Assembly: GCA_965203805.1 (NCBI GenBank)
Contig: OZ241917.1
Location: 4,320,001-4,384,000, forward strand
DNA: 64,000 nucleotides
Direction: 5' to 3'
Source of the DNA: Candidatus Latescibacterota bacterium
Lineage (GTDB): Bacteria; Latescibacterota; UBA2968; GCA-2709665
Of the stretch, positions 19,237 to 28,734 are shown piece after piece. A program made the translations under genes and the position numbers. The notes beneath the pieces were generated by a model. That model made no database searches and was not told the DNA's origin. It saw only the letters and a program-made list of their open reading frames with translations. The first letter of the stretch is position 1. Every line of letters begins with the position of its first letter.

Positions 19237-21951
19237 ATGCCGCTTCTCAACGTAGAAAACGCACGCGAAAATCTGCGCCGCTATGCCTGGGCTCAGGCCA
19301 TCGTCGAAGGCTGGAAGAATGAGGTCGACTACCTCATCCGCCAGGACCGGGAATTCGTGGATGCGATGGTGTCCGAGCTCACCCCGTGGCCCGAGTACGG
19401 CCAGAACTGCCCGGTCTGCGTGAACCGCCTCTCTTCGATGGGTGAAACCGGAATTTACGACTGGGACCCGACCGATCCGGACCGGCTGATCTGCAGATAC
19501 TGCAAAACCGAGTACCCCAACGACGACTATCCCGAGACCGGCAGCGTGACCGCACCCGGAATGAACCAGACCTTCGCCTTCTACCTCACCGATGCGGAAC
19601 GCGCACACCCGGAAGACCGGTCTGGCGAACACGCGTTCAAATGGGTCCGGACGCCCGTGCACACAAGCTGGTCCGGCGTCATCCGTGCAAAGAAATGCCG
19701 CTGGTGCTGGGAACAGATGCTTCCTCTCGCCAAGTTGTACGCCCTCACCGGCGACGTGCGGTACGCCCGGTGGAGCGCATGGATCATGGATTGTATGGCT
19801 CGTCGGTATCCCAACTGGCTGTTCCACTCCTATGACGGCACCGTTGCCGACTGCCCGCCGGCGGAGGCCGCGGTGTCCATGGGCAGGTTTCCTCCCGCCG
19901 GCCGGTTTCCCCCTGAGACAATCATCTCCGCGTTCGAAGGCCGGCACCGGGTGGGCGATCACGCGGTACTCAACAACGGCTTCTGGGGCGCCGGACGCGT
20001 CGGGTGCAGCGGGTCCGACGGCTGGTACATTCTCCGTGTCGTAATGGCCTACGACCTGATCCGGAGCGCCCGCGATGCGGACGGTTCGCCCGTCATCACG
20101 CCGGAAATGGACCGGCGCATCGTGGACGACCTGATCCTGGCAGGTTGCGCCGACACGGAAAACTGGAACGACATCAACAACAAATGCGGCCCGGGGAGGG
20201 CGCTCAGCGCGGCGGTGGGCATTCTGTTCGGGAAACCGGAGAGCGTCCGACGCGCCATCCAGGGTTTCGAAGCCCTCATGGACGACGCGTTCCATTTCGA
20301 CGGCTTCTGCACGGAGTCGCCGAGTTATTCCAGCATGCATCTCAATCAGTTGCGGGAAATACCCGAACTGCTGAATGGATATTCCGACCCCGAAGGATAC
20401 GAGCCGAAGTCAGGCCCCGTTTTGAAGGACCTGGATCCGTTTCAACACTTCGACCGGTATCGCCTGGCGCTGGAGAGCATGGTCCGCATGCTGGACCCGA
20501 ACCTGGAGGAGCCGGTCATCGGAGACTCCAGGGAAGGCAGCAGCGTCGACCCGATCTACGCAGAGGTCCTGGCCGCCCGCTACGGAAGCCGCTACGCCGG
20601 CCTTCTGGAGAAGTCACAGGGGGCCCCGCTGTCCGAAAAAGGCACGGAATACGCCCTGTGGAACCGGGACCCGGACCTGAAAGCGGACGAGGACGCCCGT
20701 CTGCCGCACCGTACCGAATGGTTCCCGGGCTGGCACGTCGGCGTTTTGCGGGGGGGTAACCCCGGAGGCCATACGGCATTTTACCTCAACGGATATGCCT
20801 ATGGCGGCCACCGCCACGCGGACACCCTCGGGATCATTTACGTCTCGAACGGGAAGGAAATGGCGGCGGACAGAGGCTATATCTGGGATGACCCCAGAAA
20901 CGCGTGGACCGGCAGCACGCTCGCCCACAACATCGTCACCGTGGACGGTCAGAACCAGGCCAGAGTCAACAAGCCGTCAGCGCTGGAACTTTTCGGATAC
21001 GGCGCGGGAATCGAAATCGTGCAGGCATCCGCCTCGCCGTACGAGCAGTGCGATTCGTACCGGCGCACCTGCGTCCTGGTTCAGGTTCCCGGCGATCAGA
21101 CCTACGCTGTCGATATGTTCCGCGTCGGCGGCGGCAGCCTTCACCAGTACGGTTTCCACAGCAACGGCCGCCTCACCGGCATTTCCGGCACCGATCCGAT
21201 GCCCGTCGACGAACACATCGAGTGGCTGGACAACATCCGCGCCGACCGGCCCCGGGCGCCATTTACCGCAACCTGGGACAACCGGGGCGTGCGCATCGAC
21301 CTCACCCTGCTCAACCCCATCCATCGTCTGCTACTTGTGGACGCGCCTGGCTGGCGTTCGGACCTGGGCGAAGACCTCAACGCACCGCCCGTGCAGCAGG
21401 TTCTGGCGGAGCGTGGGGACGATTCGCACCTGACCAGCCGGTTTGCCGCGGTGATTTCACCGTACGTCGACCGTTCGCCCGTCCTGTCTTCCCGCCTGCT
21501 TCTGGACGATCCGGACACCGGCGCGATGGCCGTTGCCGTCTGCCGCGAGGGATGCACGGACTACATCCTCTCCGCGCCCGAGGGCGGCGCGCACAATGTC
21601 GGTCCCCTGTCGATTACCGGTCAATTCGCATTCGCGTCGGTGGATGACGGCGGCGCGCTGCTGCGCGCGTATCTGCTGCGCGGAACTGAACTCAAATGCA
21701 ACGGGCTGGCGCTGACGCCGGACAGGTCGGAGGTCTCCCTGGAGGTCGCCCGCGTTTCAGACCGCACGTATACCCTTCACAATGCCGTGCCCGATCCTGA
21801 AACGCTTCCCGGGGCCTACCTTCTGTGCGGCGACACCGGGTACGAAATCGAGGACGCTACCGAAGTATCCATCACCGTTCGCGACTACCCCGCCACCGAA
21901 TGCGGCACCGTCACGTTGCTCAAGGCCGCCGAGTACGTGAAAGACGACTGA
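19237..21951 (+). CDS. Heparinase II/III-family protein
   Basis: DGFCTESPSY, PVIGD, GGHRHADTLGI, DRGY, AHNIVTVDG; N-terminal CPVC..CRYC; start moved to ATG 19237 (AGGAG RBS). Confidence 0.85.
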   Translation: MPLLNVENARENLRRYAWAQAIVEGWKNEVDYLIRQDREFVDAMVSELTPWPEYGQNCPVCVNRLSSMGETGIYDWDPTDPDRLICRYCKTEYPNDDYPETGSVTAPGMNQTFAFYLTDAERAHPEDRSGEHAFKWVRTPVHTSWSGVIRAKKCRWCWEQMLPLAKLYALTGDVRYARWSAWIMDCMARRYPNWLFHSYDGTVADCPPAEAAVSMGRFPPAGRFPPETIISAFEGRHRVGDHAVLNNGFWGAGRVGCSGSDGWYILRVVMAYDLIRSARDADGSPVITPEMDRRIVDDLILAGCADTENWNDINNKCGPGRALSAAVGILFGKPESVRRAIQGFEALMDDAFHFDGFCTESPSYSSMHLNQLREIPELLNGYSDPEGYEPKSGPVLKDLDPFQHFDRYRLALESMVRMLDPNLEEPVIGDSREGSSVDPIYAEVLAARYGSRYAGLLEKSQGAPLSEKGTEYALWNRDPDLKADEDARLPHRTEWFPGWHVGVLRGGNPGGHTAFYLNGYAYGGHRHADTLGIIYVSNGKEMAADRGYIWDDPRNAWTGSTLAHNIVTVDGQNQARVNKPSALELFGYGAGIEIVQASASPYEQCDSYRRTCVLVQVPGDQTYAVDMFRVGGGSLHQYGFHSNGRLTGISGTDPMPVDEHIEWLDNIRADRPRAPFTATWDNRGVRIDLTLLNPIHRLLLVDAPGWRSDLGEDLNAPPVQQVLAERGDDSHLTSRFAAVISPYVDRSPVLSSRLLLDDPDTGAMAVAVCREGCTDYILSAPEGGAHNVGPLSITGQFAFASVDDGGALLRAYLLRGTELKCNGLALTPDRSEVSLEVARVSDRTYTLHNAVPDPETLPGAYLLCGDTGYEIEDATEVSITVRDYPATECGTVTLLKAAEYVKDD

Positions 21952-22063
21952 CGGCGGAGAAAACAGCTGTCAGCGAACAGCCTTCAGCAGTCAGCTTGAA
22001 TCAAGAAACAATAATCAGCTTCAAATTCAAAACCCCTATTCCCCAAATTCCCTGCCTCCGGCG

Positions 22064-22175
22064 GGTTCCTTTTGAAGCGACCAAAAGGAACCAAAAGTCG
22101 CCGCTGGGCGCCTGCCTGCGCCTGCCTGTCCCGTTGGAACGGCAGACAGGCCAAGCCCCGCGCGACAGGCAGGCG
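22064..22175. repeat. Structured intergenic REP/MITE-like element (two stem-loops)
   Basis: Perfect 11-bp inverted repeat GGTTCCTTTTG (22064-74)/CAAAAGGAACC (22082-92) and 12-bp inverted repeat CGCCTGCCTGTC (22119-30)/GACAGGCAGGCG (22164-75) between convergent genes. Confidence 0.6.
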
Positions 22176-22501
22176 GGGCCTGCTATATGCACAGCGCGAA
22201 TCCCCTCGCAGGATGCACAGAATCCTCTGCCCTGAGACCTGCGGAGGCACATCGAACTGTGTCGCTGGACGGATCAGCGCGCTCTGCTCCGGTAGTCCTC
22301 CTGCCAGGAAATGCCTGCGTAGATCCATTCGCGTCTGAATGATGAGGACGGTCGTACGCTATTGGCCGACAGCTATCAGTTTGAATCAACGACAAAAGGC
22401 AAACGGCGGACCCACGCGAATCCACCAGGATGAACTCCCCAGACGACCTCCTGTCCGCACGGAGGCAAAGATCCCGACTCAATGGTGGCGAGGTTGCTTC
22501 G

Positions 22502-23350
22502 CTACAGACTAACAAAACCCGACAGTGCCCGCTTTTGTCCGGCGACGTCCAGGATCCTGCGAATGATCAGGCTCTCTTTCCGGTCGATGGCGGGCTTTCC
22601 GGTTTCGAACAGGTCCAGCACGGCATCCGCGGTATTCAGGAAGATGCGGCTGGAGTCGACCTGGAAGTGACGTGTCGCGGCGGCGGTGGTCACGGAAGCC
22701 GCATACGGCGTGCTCGCACCCGTATACACATTCACAACGGCCGTGCGGCCGCCTGAGAAATCCAGAAGCAACTGCGACTGCTTCCCGCCGCCCCTCCGCA
22801 TCATTCGCCGGACGTTCGGACCCATACAGCTGATGGCCAACTCCAGGGGATGGATCGCGTATTCGCCGAAGGATCTCCCGCCGCCCCAGGTGACCATGTG
22901 CCGGACCTGCCGGCGCCCGACCTCCTCCACGTAGTCCTGGACTTCGGTATAACGCAGCGCGGACGTGGTCTGCATGGGCACCCGATGGCTGTCCGCCAGC
23001 GCGAAGATGCGCCTGGCGGTTCTCAGGTCCGGCGCGAAGGTTTTGTCCACGTACGTCGGTTTTCCGAACGGAAAAACCTGCCGGCACAGCTCAAGGTGCG
23101 TCTCCGGCGTCGACGGCGCCAGCACCACATAGGCGTCCACCGCCTCGTTCAATGCCGCCGCATCCTGGAACCAGGGCACGCCGTTCGCCTCGGCCCACGT
23201 TCTTCCGGCTCGCGGACGCATTCCCGTACATCCCGCCACGACAAATCCGCGAAGCTTCAGTTCGTTCCGGAAAAGCTTCAGGTACACGTTGGAATGAAAG
23301 TTCTCAAGATTGTCATCCACGAACCCGATCCGCTTTTGTCCATCCGTCAT
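22502..23350 (-). CDS. Gfo/Idh/MocA-like oxidoreductase (divergent)
   Basis: RIGFVD, H..LC, GKPTYVDKTFA, TTSALRY, YAIH. Confidence 0.8.
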   Translation of the reverse strand: MTDGQKRIGFVDDNLENFHSNVYLKLFRNELKLRGFVVAGCTGMRPRAGRTWAEANGVPWFQDAAALNEAVDAYVVLAPSTPETHLELCRQVFPFGKPTYVDKTFAPDLRTARRIFALADSHRVPMQTTSALRYTEVQDYVEEVGRRQVRHMVTWGGGRSFGEYAIHPLELAISCMGPNVRRMMRRGGGKQSQLLLDFSGGRTAVVNVYTGASTPYAASVTTAAATRHFQVDSSRIFLNTADAVLDLFETGKPAIDRKESLIIRRILDVAGQKRALSGFVSL

Positions 23351-23378
23351 TCGTCTGTTCTCCGTTCCAAAATGCCTT

Positions 23379-24413
23379 CTAAGGCCACGCGGGCGCGGCC
23401 GCCACCTGAACGATCCCGCCTCGTTCCGCGGACTGGTGCAGCGCGTCCAACACCGCCGTTGCGCGCCACCCGTCCAGCGCCGTCACGAAAGGCGCCCGAT
23501 CCTCGATAACCGCGTCGACAAAGCTGTTTACGCACGACGGAAACGCCCCCACCCATTTGTCGAAGACTTTGTAGTTGAGAAGCGACCGCGGCCATTTGAA
23601 CTTCTCCTCGGTACTCATTTCGATCGCCTCGGCTTTCCGGTCCAGGCTCACGTGCCCCTTCTCGCCGATGACCTGCATAAAGGAGTCGGGCATGGACGGA
23701 TGGGTATCGGGATAGATCCACGCCGACTCAAACGTGGCGATGGACCCCCCGTCGAACTTCACAAGCCCCTGCAGCATATCGTACGTATCGATGCCCCTGG
23801 CGGCCAGCACCTGTTTGATGCCATAGCCGTGGACCTCGACCGGACTCTGATCGAACCACCAGCAGATCAGGTCGATATCGTGCGCCGAGAGGAACCAGGC
23901 GGGGGAGGACTGAGCCGACCACGGCAGCATCTCCGTCGGGACGGAGATGGGGTTGTTCTTGCGCGCGTACGCCATCAGCGGTCTGCCGATGTCCCCGTCG
24001 CGAATCATATTCCAGGTGGCATTGTACGGCGCCAGCCACCGGTGGTTATACGAGACCTGAAGCTTCAGCCCGCTGCTTTTCACCCTCTCCACGATTTCCG
24101 TGGCCTCCTCCAGATCGGTTGTCATCGGTTTTTCCACGTGCACGTGACAGCCCGCATCCAGGCATGCGATGACGGGATCGCGGTGCGCCCAGTCCGGCGT
24201 GGCGATGTAGACGATATCCAGGGATTCCTTCTCCAGCATCTCCCGGTAGTCCGCATAACCGGCGGAAACCGAATACTCCGCCTGCGCCTTGCGGAGCTTG
24301 GCTTCGTCCAGTGTGCAGAACGCCGTCAGTTCCACGAGCGGATTGCGGTCCAGGACCTGCGTCACGCTGCTGCCCATAATGCCAAGGCCGATCACTCCCA
24401 CGCGCTGCGCCAT
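23379..24413 (-). CDS. Gfo/Idh/MocA oxidoreductase
   Basis: VGVIGLGIMG, IATPDWAH, VEKPM, YNHRW, HDID. Confidence 0.93.
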   Translation of the reverse strand: MAQRVGVIGLGIMGSSVTQVLDRNPLVELTAFCTLDEAKLRKAQAEYSVSAGYADYREMLEKESLDIVYIATPDWAHRDPVIACLDAGCHVHVEKPMTTDLEEATEIVERVKSSGLKLQVSYNHRWLAPYNATWNMIRDGDIGRPLMAYARKNNPISVPTEMLPWSAQSSPAWFLSAHDIDLICWWFDQSPVEVHGYGIKQVLAARGIDTYDMLQGLVKFDGGSIATFESAWIYPDTHPSMPDSFMQVIGEKGHVSLDRKAEAIEMSTEEKFKWPRSLLNYKVFDKWVGAFPSCVNSFVDAVIEDRAPFVTALDGWRATAVLDALHQSAERGGIVQVAAAPAWP

Positions 24414-24473
24414 CTGCTTCCCTCCTCAACTCAGTGTTTTATCGTGAATCACTCACGAAAATTCTCCGTTTTC

Positions 24474-24724
24474 TCGCGTTTTTTGGTCTTTTATCCTGTT
24501 CATCCTGTCTATCCATGTGAGTTCTGTTTTTGTGGATGATTCAGGTTGTAGCCTTTTTCGTGTGTTTCGTAGTTTCTGATGTTTGCTTTCTCGTGCTTTT
24601 GTCACGTTTTTTGGTTTCATCCTGTTCATCCTGTTTATCCATGTGAGTTCTGTTCTTGTGGATGACTCAGGTTGTAGCCTTTTTCGTGTGTTTCGCGTGT
24701 TTCGTAGTTTTTGATGTTTGTTTC
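24474..24724. repeat. Imperfect tandem duplication (2 units, period about 128 bp), T-rich
   Basis: Units 24474-~24590 and 24602-~24724 share CGTTTTTTGGT..ATCCTGTTCATCCTGT(C/T)TATCCATGTGAGTTCTGTT..GTGGATGA(T/C)TCAGGTTGTAGCCTTTTTCGTGTGTTTCG.. Confidence 0.9.
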
Positions 24725-24743
24725 GATTTCCAAATGATCCGGG

Positions 24744-27700
24744 CTAATCAAACCTCACGAACGCCATCGGCCGCGCCACGCACGAATCCCCGGGCCCCAG
24801 GTCGTAGATCACCGGCATGTCATCCGGCGCGTTGGGCCAGGGAATCGCATCCCGCAGCACGAAACGGTGTCCGCCCTCGTCTCGCGGTATGACTCGCTCG
24901 ATGGTGTGGAGCCGTTCCTTGTAAGCCAGGCGTGCGCCCTTCAGATAGTGGCATCCGGAATCTTCCGTATCCTCCCACTCCCGGTGGATCCACGTCCGGG
25001 TCAGCAATCCGTCGTCCGTCTCCGCTTCGACGACGAACCTTCCGATGTGCAGCCGTTCCGCGTCCAGCGAACACAGCCACCCGTCGCCCGCCGCCTTGAC
25101 CGACCGGATGGGGAAGTTGCACGCGTGGGGAGGGTTCGCCACCATCAGGGTCTCGCCCGAGGGGGGCGCCCCGCCGGTGTCCGACGTTACGGTCACCCGG
25201 CGGTTTTCCGTGTCCACTTCCGTAATACGTCCCCGCCATGTTCCTGCGCCTTCGGCCTGGATGTCTCCGAATCCCAGTCTGTTTCCCGACAAGCACGCCC
25301 AGGCCGGTCGGCCGGCGTCGTCGAGGGTTAATACGCCGAAGCCGCCGTGAAGTTCGAGGCCGCCATCGAAGACGGACCGGCCCTCGTCAGCCGACGCGCT
25401 CAGGACGAGACATTTCCCATCCTGCCACGATATTTCCAGTCCGATCGCGTCTTCACCTTCGATCAGATCCAGCCGCCTGACGCGCGTCAACTGCGGGTTT
25501 TTCCGATAGGTTTCGCAGACAACGGCGAACAGGCTGTTCAGGTCGCCTTGCCGGCGGCCCGAACGATTCCGCAGGAGGACGTAGTCCAGGTGTTCGGGCG
25601 CCCCCGGTCTCTTCGGTGTTTTGCCATGGGCTGTGATGACCTCCTGCGCGACATCCGCGGGGACGATCATCCGCAGACCCATCTCCTCGTCCCGCCACAC
25701 GGCCCGGAATTCACCCGCGGGCTGCCCGCGCTTCACGTCGTACAGGTAGGAAAAGCCGCTGCCCCGGTACGAGTGGTAGCTACGCTTGCCGTTTGTCCCC
25801 GGCAGGCCAGGCAGGTTGGCGTGCCGTTCAAGTTCGGGATCGTCGTACAGCTTCTTGAAGGAAACTTTCGGCCCGGCCAGCGTACCGCCCTCCTGTCGCT
25901 GGAGCGAAACGCCTTGGGTTGAAAAATCCCCGGCGAATCCGTGGAAGGAATAATCGTGCGCCCAGCCGCCCTTCACGCGGAAAAGGTCCACCAGGACCTG
26001 CAGGTCCGGCGCCAACTCCAGCAGCGTCACACCGCGCCGATACACGTTTGCGTCCAGGTAAGCCCGCGGCGCCGAGAGTTCCACGTGCTGCACGTGCGGG
26101 GTGGTACCGAACCGTTCCAGGCGGCCCTCGTCGGCCGTGTCCTGCCGGCTTTCGTTCACCACGACGGTGACGTGACTGACGGTGTTCTTCTCCCAGGCCG
26201 GCGGGTCCGGGTGTTCGGCGGCGTGGGTGGGATAGCCCGTATCGGGCGCCACGCGTTTGCCGCCGGCGATGACCTCCAGATTCAACCGGTCCCGGTGCGC
26301 GTGGCCGGCGTTGGCATGGCCGTACTGAAGTACCGCCGCCGTCTGGTTCCGCGCCCGCCCGCTTCGCAGAATCACGAATCCCACCCCGCCGAGGTTATCG
26401 CTCGTCTCCGGCCATTCCGGCAGATTACCCGCGGCGTGTTCCAGTTCGGCTCTCGTCAACGGCTCCTCGAACAGGTCGTCGTAACTGCGGAGCCCGTTTT
26501 CTTCCGTTGCGCCCTCGTTCAGGAGCGCGCGGGCGTATTCCGGCCACCCGTAACCCCTGAAGAACCGCCGAAGCGAGGAAGTATCCAGCATGGGATAGGT
26601 TGCCTCCGCGCCCGTATCCGCTATGGCGGGCATCTTGCCGCCCCAGCACGCCAGTCGCCGCGACCAGCTGCCCAGAGAACGCACGTGTTCCCCCGGAAGC
26701 CGGCGCTTGGCCAGGCGTTTCAGGACCAGGTCCGTATCCAGCATATACCGCGTCCAGCAGCCCGCCGAATAGCCGATCGCCACCTCGAACGAGACCCCGT
26801 CACGGAACAGGAAGTTATCCAGCGCGTGATTCCAGCCCTCGACGCCGTACGCCCACACTTGTGTGTCGGGCCCGCATCCGGTGTACGTCTCCAGGTTCCG
26901 GATGGCCCAATCCGTAAACGCGTCGTCGTCAAGGACAACCAGTGCTTTCACCGCCGAGGCCTGGTGAAGCCCGTAGTTCCCACGAATCTTTCCTTCCCAG
27001 ATGTCCCGTACCGACTGCCGCACCAGGTTGTCTTCCACGTGCCGGACCAGCGCTTCCGGTTTTTTGCCCAGAAACTCGTGTACGCCGCTTTCAGCCTGCA
27101 ACGCCGGAAACAGGTTGTCGTACGCCTCGGCATAGAGCCCGATATTGAACGATTCCTGTACGGCATAAAGAAAACGTCCCGTATAGCCGACCTGGTAGTT
27201 CAAGCCGTACCAGGATTGGGCGGCGTGGTCCATGGTGGGAAACAGCGCGGCCATCCTGTCCAGCAGGATCGCGCCCTTGCGGCCGTACCGCGCGTCTCCG
27301 GTCATCAGATACGCGCGACCGAGATCCTGAAGCGCCGGAATCAACTGGTGCCAGAGCCGGTAACAATAGTGCGCGACGAACCAGAACCGGGGCCGCCCGT
27401 CGCCGGGGTCCCAGCCAGAACCGTCGTCGGCGTAATCGCCGGTAAGCAGGGCGCGGTCTCCGGTCCTGTAATACGCCATAAAGTCGTTCGAAGGGTACTC
27501 CTCGCCGCCCACGGCGCATTTGATCTTCCACGGACGGTTGAAGATGTTCACCTGCCAGGGTCCGCCCGGCGCCTGAAAGACCGCCTCGCCATGGACCGGA
27601 CACCCGTCGAACGACGGCAGAAACCCACGGAAGACGTCCGCCGGAGGCGGCAGGTCGCGCACGTACGCGTCATCCAGTTTCGCCCAGACTTCGGCACGTT

Positions 27701-27803
27701 CGACGATCTCATCCGCGATCTTCGTCGCCGCGGGAAACCGTACCACGTGGTCCTTCATCCTGCGAACCTCGTCCTCCGTATGCCATGTGCGACCGGTCTT
27801 CAT
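24744..27803 (-). CDS. Heparinase II/III-family protein
   Basis: GNYGLHQ, DGVSFEVAIGY, GHAHRDRLNLE, PDTGYP, NTVSHVTVVVN; true start probably ATG 27803 (AAGGA RBS), not 28076. Confidence 0.83.
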   Translation of the reverse strand: MKTGRTWHTEDEVRRMKDHVVRFPAATKIADEIVERAEVWAKLDDAYVRDLPPPADVFRGFLPSFDGCPVHGEAVFQAPGGPWQVNIFNRPWKIKCAVGGEEYPSNDFMAYYRTGDRALLTGDYADDGSGWDPGDGRPRFWFVAHYCYRLWHQLIPALQDLGRAYLMTGDARYGRKGAILLDRMAALFPTMDHAAQSWYGLNYQVGYTGRFLYAVQESFNIGLYAEAYDNLFPALQAESGVHEFLGKKPEALVRHVEDNLVRQSVRDIWEGKIRGNYGLHQASAVKALVVLDDDAFTDWAIRNLETYTGCGPDTQVWAYGVEGWNHALDNFLFRDGVSFEVAIGYSAGCWTRYMLDTDLVLKRLAKRRLPGEHVRSLGSWSRRLACWGGKMPAIADTGAEATYPMLDTSSLRRFFRGYGWPEYARALLNEGATEENGLRSYDDLFEEPLTRAELEHAAGNLPEWPETSDNLGGVGFVILRSGRARNQTAAVLQYGHANAGHAHRDRLNLEVIAGGKRVAPDTGYPTHAAEHPDPPAWEKNTVSHVTVVVNESRQDTADEGRLERFGTTPHVQHVELSAPRAYLDANVYRRGVTLLELAPDLQVLVDLFRVKGGWAHDYSFHGFAGDFSTQGVSLQRQEGGTLAGPKVSFKKLYDDPELERHANLPGLPGTNGKRSYHSYRGSGFSYLYDVKRGQPAGEFRAVWRDEEMGLRMIVPADVAQEVITAHGKTPKRPGAPEHLDYVLLRNRSGRRQGDLNSLFAVVCETYRKNPQLTRVRRLDLIEGEDAIGLEISWQDGKCLVLSASADEGRSVFDGGLELHGGFGVLTLDDAGRPAWACLSGNRLGFGDIQAEGAGTWRGRITEVDTENRRVTVTSDTGGAPPSGETLMVANPPHACNFPIRSVKAAGDGWLCSLDAERLHIGRFVVEAETDDGLLTRTWIHREWEDTEDSGCHYLKGARLAYKERLHTIERVIPRDEGGHRFVLRDAIPWPNAPDDMPVIYDLGPGDSCVARPMAFVRFD

Positions 27804-28036
27804 TTTACGAATTCCTTTCGGTCCCTTCGACTTGAGAATCGCGTCCGGCAGCAAAGTAATCAGGAAAATGCGAAAATGGAAAAAGAAAAACAGCACGTTT
27901 CGTGTGCCGGATTCGGACTGTAAAACTTCGCGCCGGCCGCCCGAGCCTCCGTGAGCGATTAAGTGAAATCTCGATTTCCAGCTGCCAACAGGCACTCGTA
28001 TTGGCAATGATTTACGCGACAATTTCCTGATAGGAC

Positions 28037-28065
28037 TTGACAAATTGTACGAAATTGTGTAAGAT
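28037..28065 (+). promoter_or_regulatory. Sigma70 promoter of the ACP-XRE-ImmA-TS operon, with a possible XRE operator
   Basis: TTGACA (28037-42), 17-bp spacer, TAAGAT (28060-65); spacer contains the AAATTGT direct repeat and the ACAAATTGT near-palindrome; AAGGAG RBS before ATG 28097. Confidence 0.7.
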
Positions 28066-28096
28066 TTTCTTACCACACGTAAGAAAGGAGAGTGCT

Positions 28097-28387
28097 ATGG
28101 AAAAGACAGAGGTCGTTCGCAAGGTCGTGGAGGTAATTGGAAATGTCCAGCAAGAGAGTGGTAGGACACCTCACGATATTACCGCAGGCACGTACATCTA
28201 CACGGATATCGACGGCTTCGACAGTTTGAACGGCGTTGAAGCTACGGTGATCCTGTCCGAAGGGTTGGGTGATGCCGAATTGCCGGACGATCTATTCCTC
28301 CCCGAAAAGGGCCATCGAGATATTTCGGTCGGTGAGATAGCAGACCGGGTTTGTGATCAACTAAACGTGGAGGCAAACGTCAGATGA
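28097..28387 (+). CDS. Acyl carrier protein (phosphopantetheine-binding domain)
   Basis: 96 aa, acidic, DIDGFDSLNGVEATVILSEGLG matches the GxDSL Ppant site; C-terminal SVGEIAD. Confidence 0.8.
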   Translation: MEKTEVVRKVVEVIGNVQQESGRTPHDITAGTYIYTDIDGFDSLNGVEATVILSEGLGDAELPDDLFLPEKGHRDISVGEIADRVCDQLNVEANVR

Positions 28388-28734
28388 GCGATCAAGACCT
28401 GCTCCGTCGAAACATTGCTTCAAGGTTGCGGATGGCACGGGAGCTGGCAGGGCTCACACAAGGACAGGTGGCAAAACGCCTAAGGTATCACCGGCCGACT
28501 GTGTCCGAGATTGAGGCGGGCAGGCGCAGGGTAACAGCGGAGGAACTAACTATGTTCTGTGAACTATACGGAGTAAATGTGCACTGGATCACAGGAGAGG
28601 ATACGCAAGATACGGCAAGCTTTAAAGCTAAGCTCGCAGCCCGAGAGTTGGACAAGCTAAAGGATGAAGATCTTGATCGGCTGTTGCAACTCATTCAGTC
28701 ACTGAAGACTTCAGAGGATCCGTCGGATAAATGA
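28384..28734 (+). CDS. XRE-family HTH transcriptional regulator
   Basis: RLRMARELAGLTQGQVAKRL...TVSEIEAGRR; ATGA overlap with the ACP gene. Confidence 0.95.
   Translation: MSDQDLLRRNIASRLRMARELAGLTQGQVAKRLRYHRPTVSEIEAGRRRVTAEELTMFCELYGVNVHWITGEDTQDTASFKAKLAARELDKLKDEDLDRLLQLIQSLKTSEDPSDK

Noticed and set aside
18493-20340. Long antisense ORFs (e.g. 615 aa here, 660 aa at 25941-27923, 467 aa at 57112-58515, and 2-310)
   Set aside because: These are shadows of real genes on the opposite strand, typical of high-GC codon bias, and carry no motifs.
24474-24724. Possible CRISPR array
   Set aside because: Only two long units, no unique spacers of regular length and no cas genes; the same applies to 60503-60732.
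27804-28076. 91-aa N-terminal extension of the 1110-aa ORF
   Set aside because: Low-complexity, non-protein-like sequence that overlaps the island promoter; an RBS-supported ATG lies at 27803.
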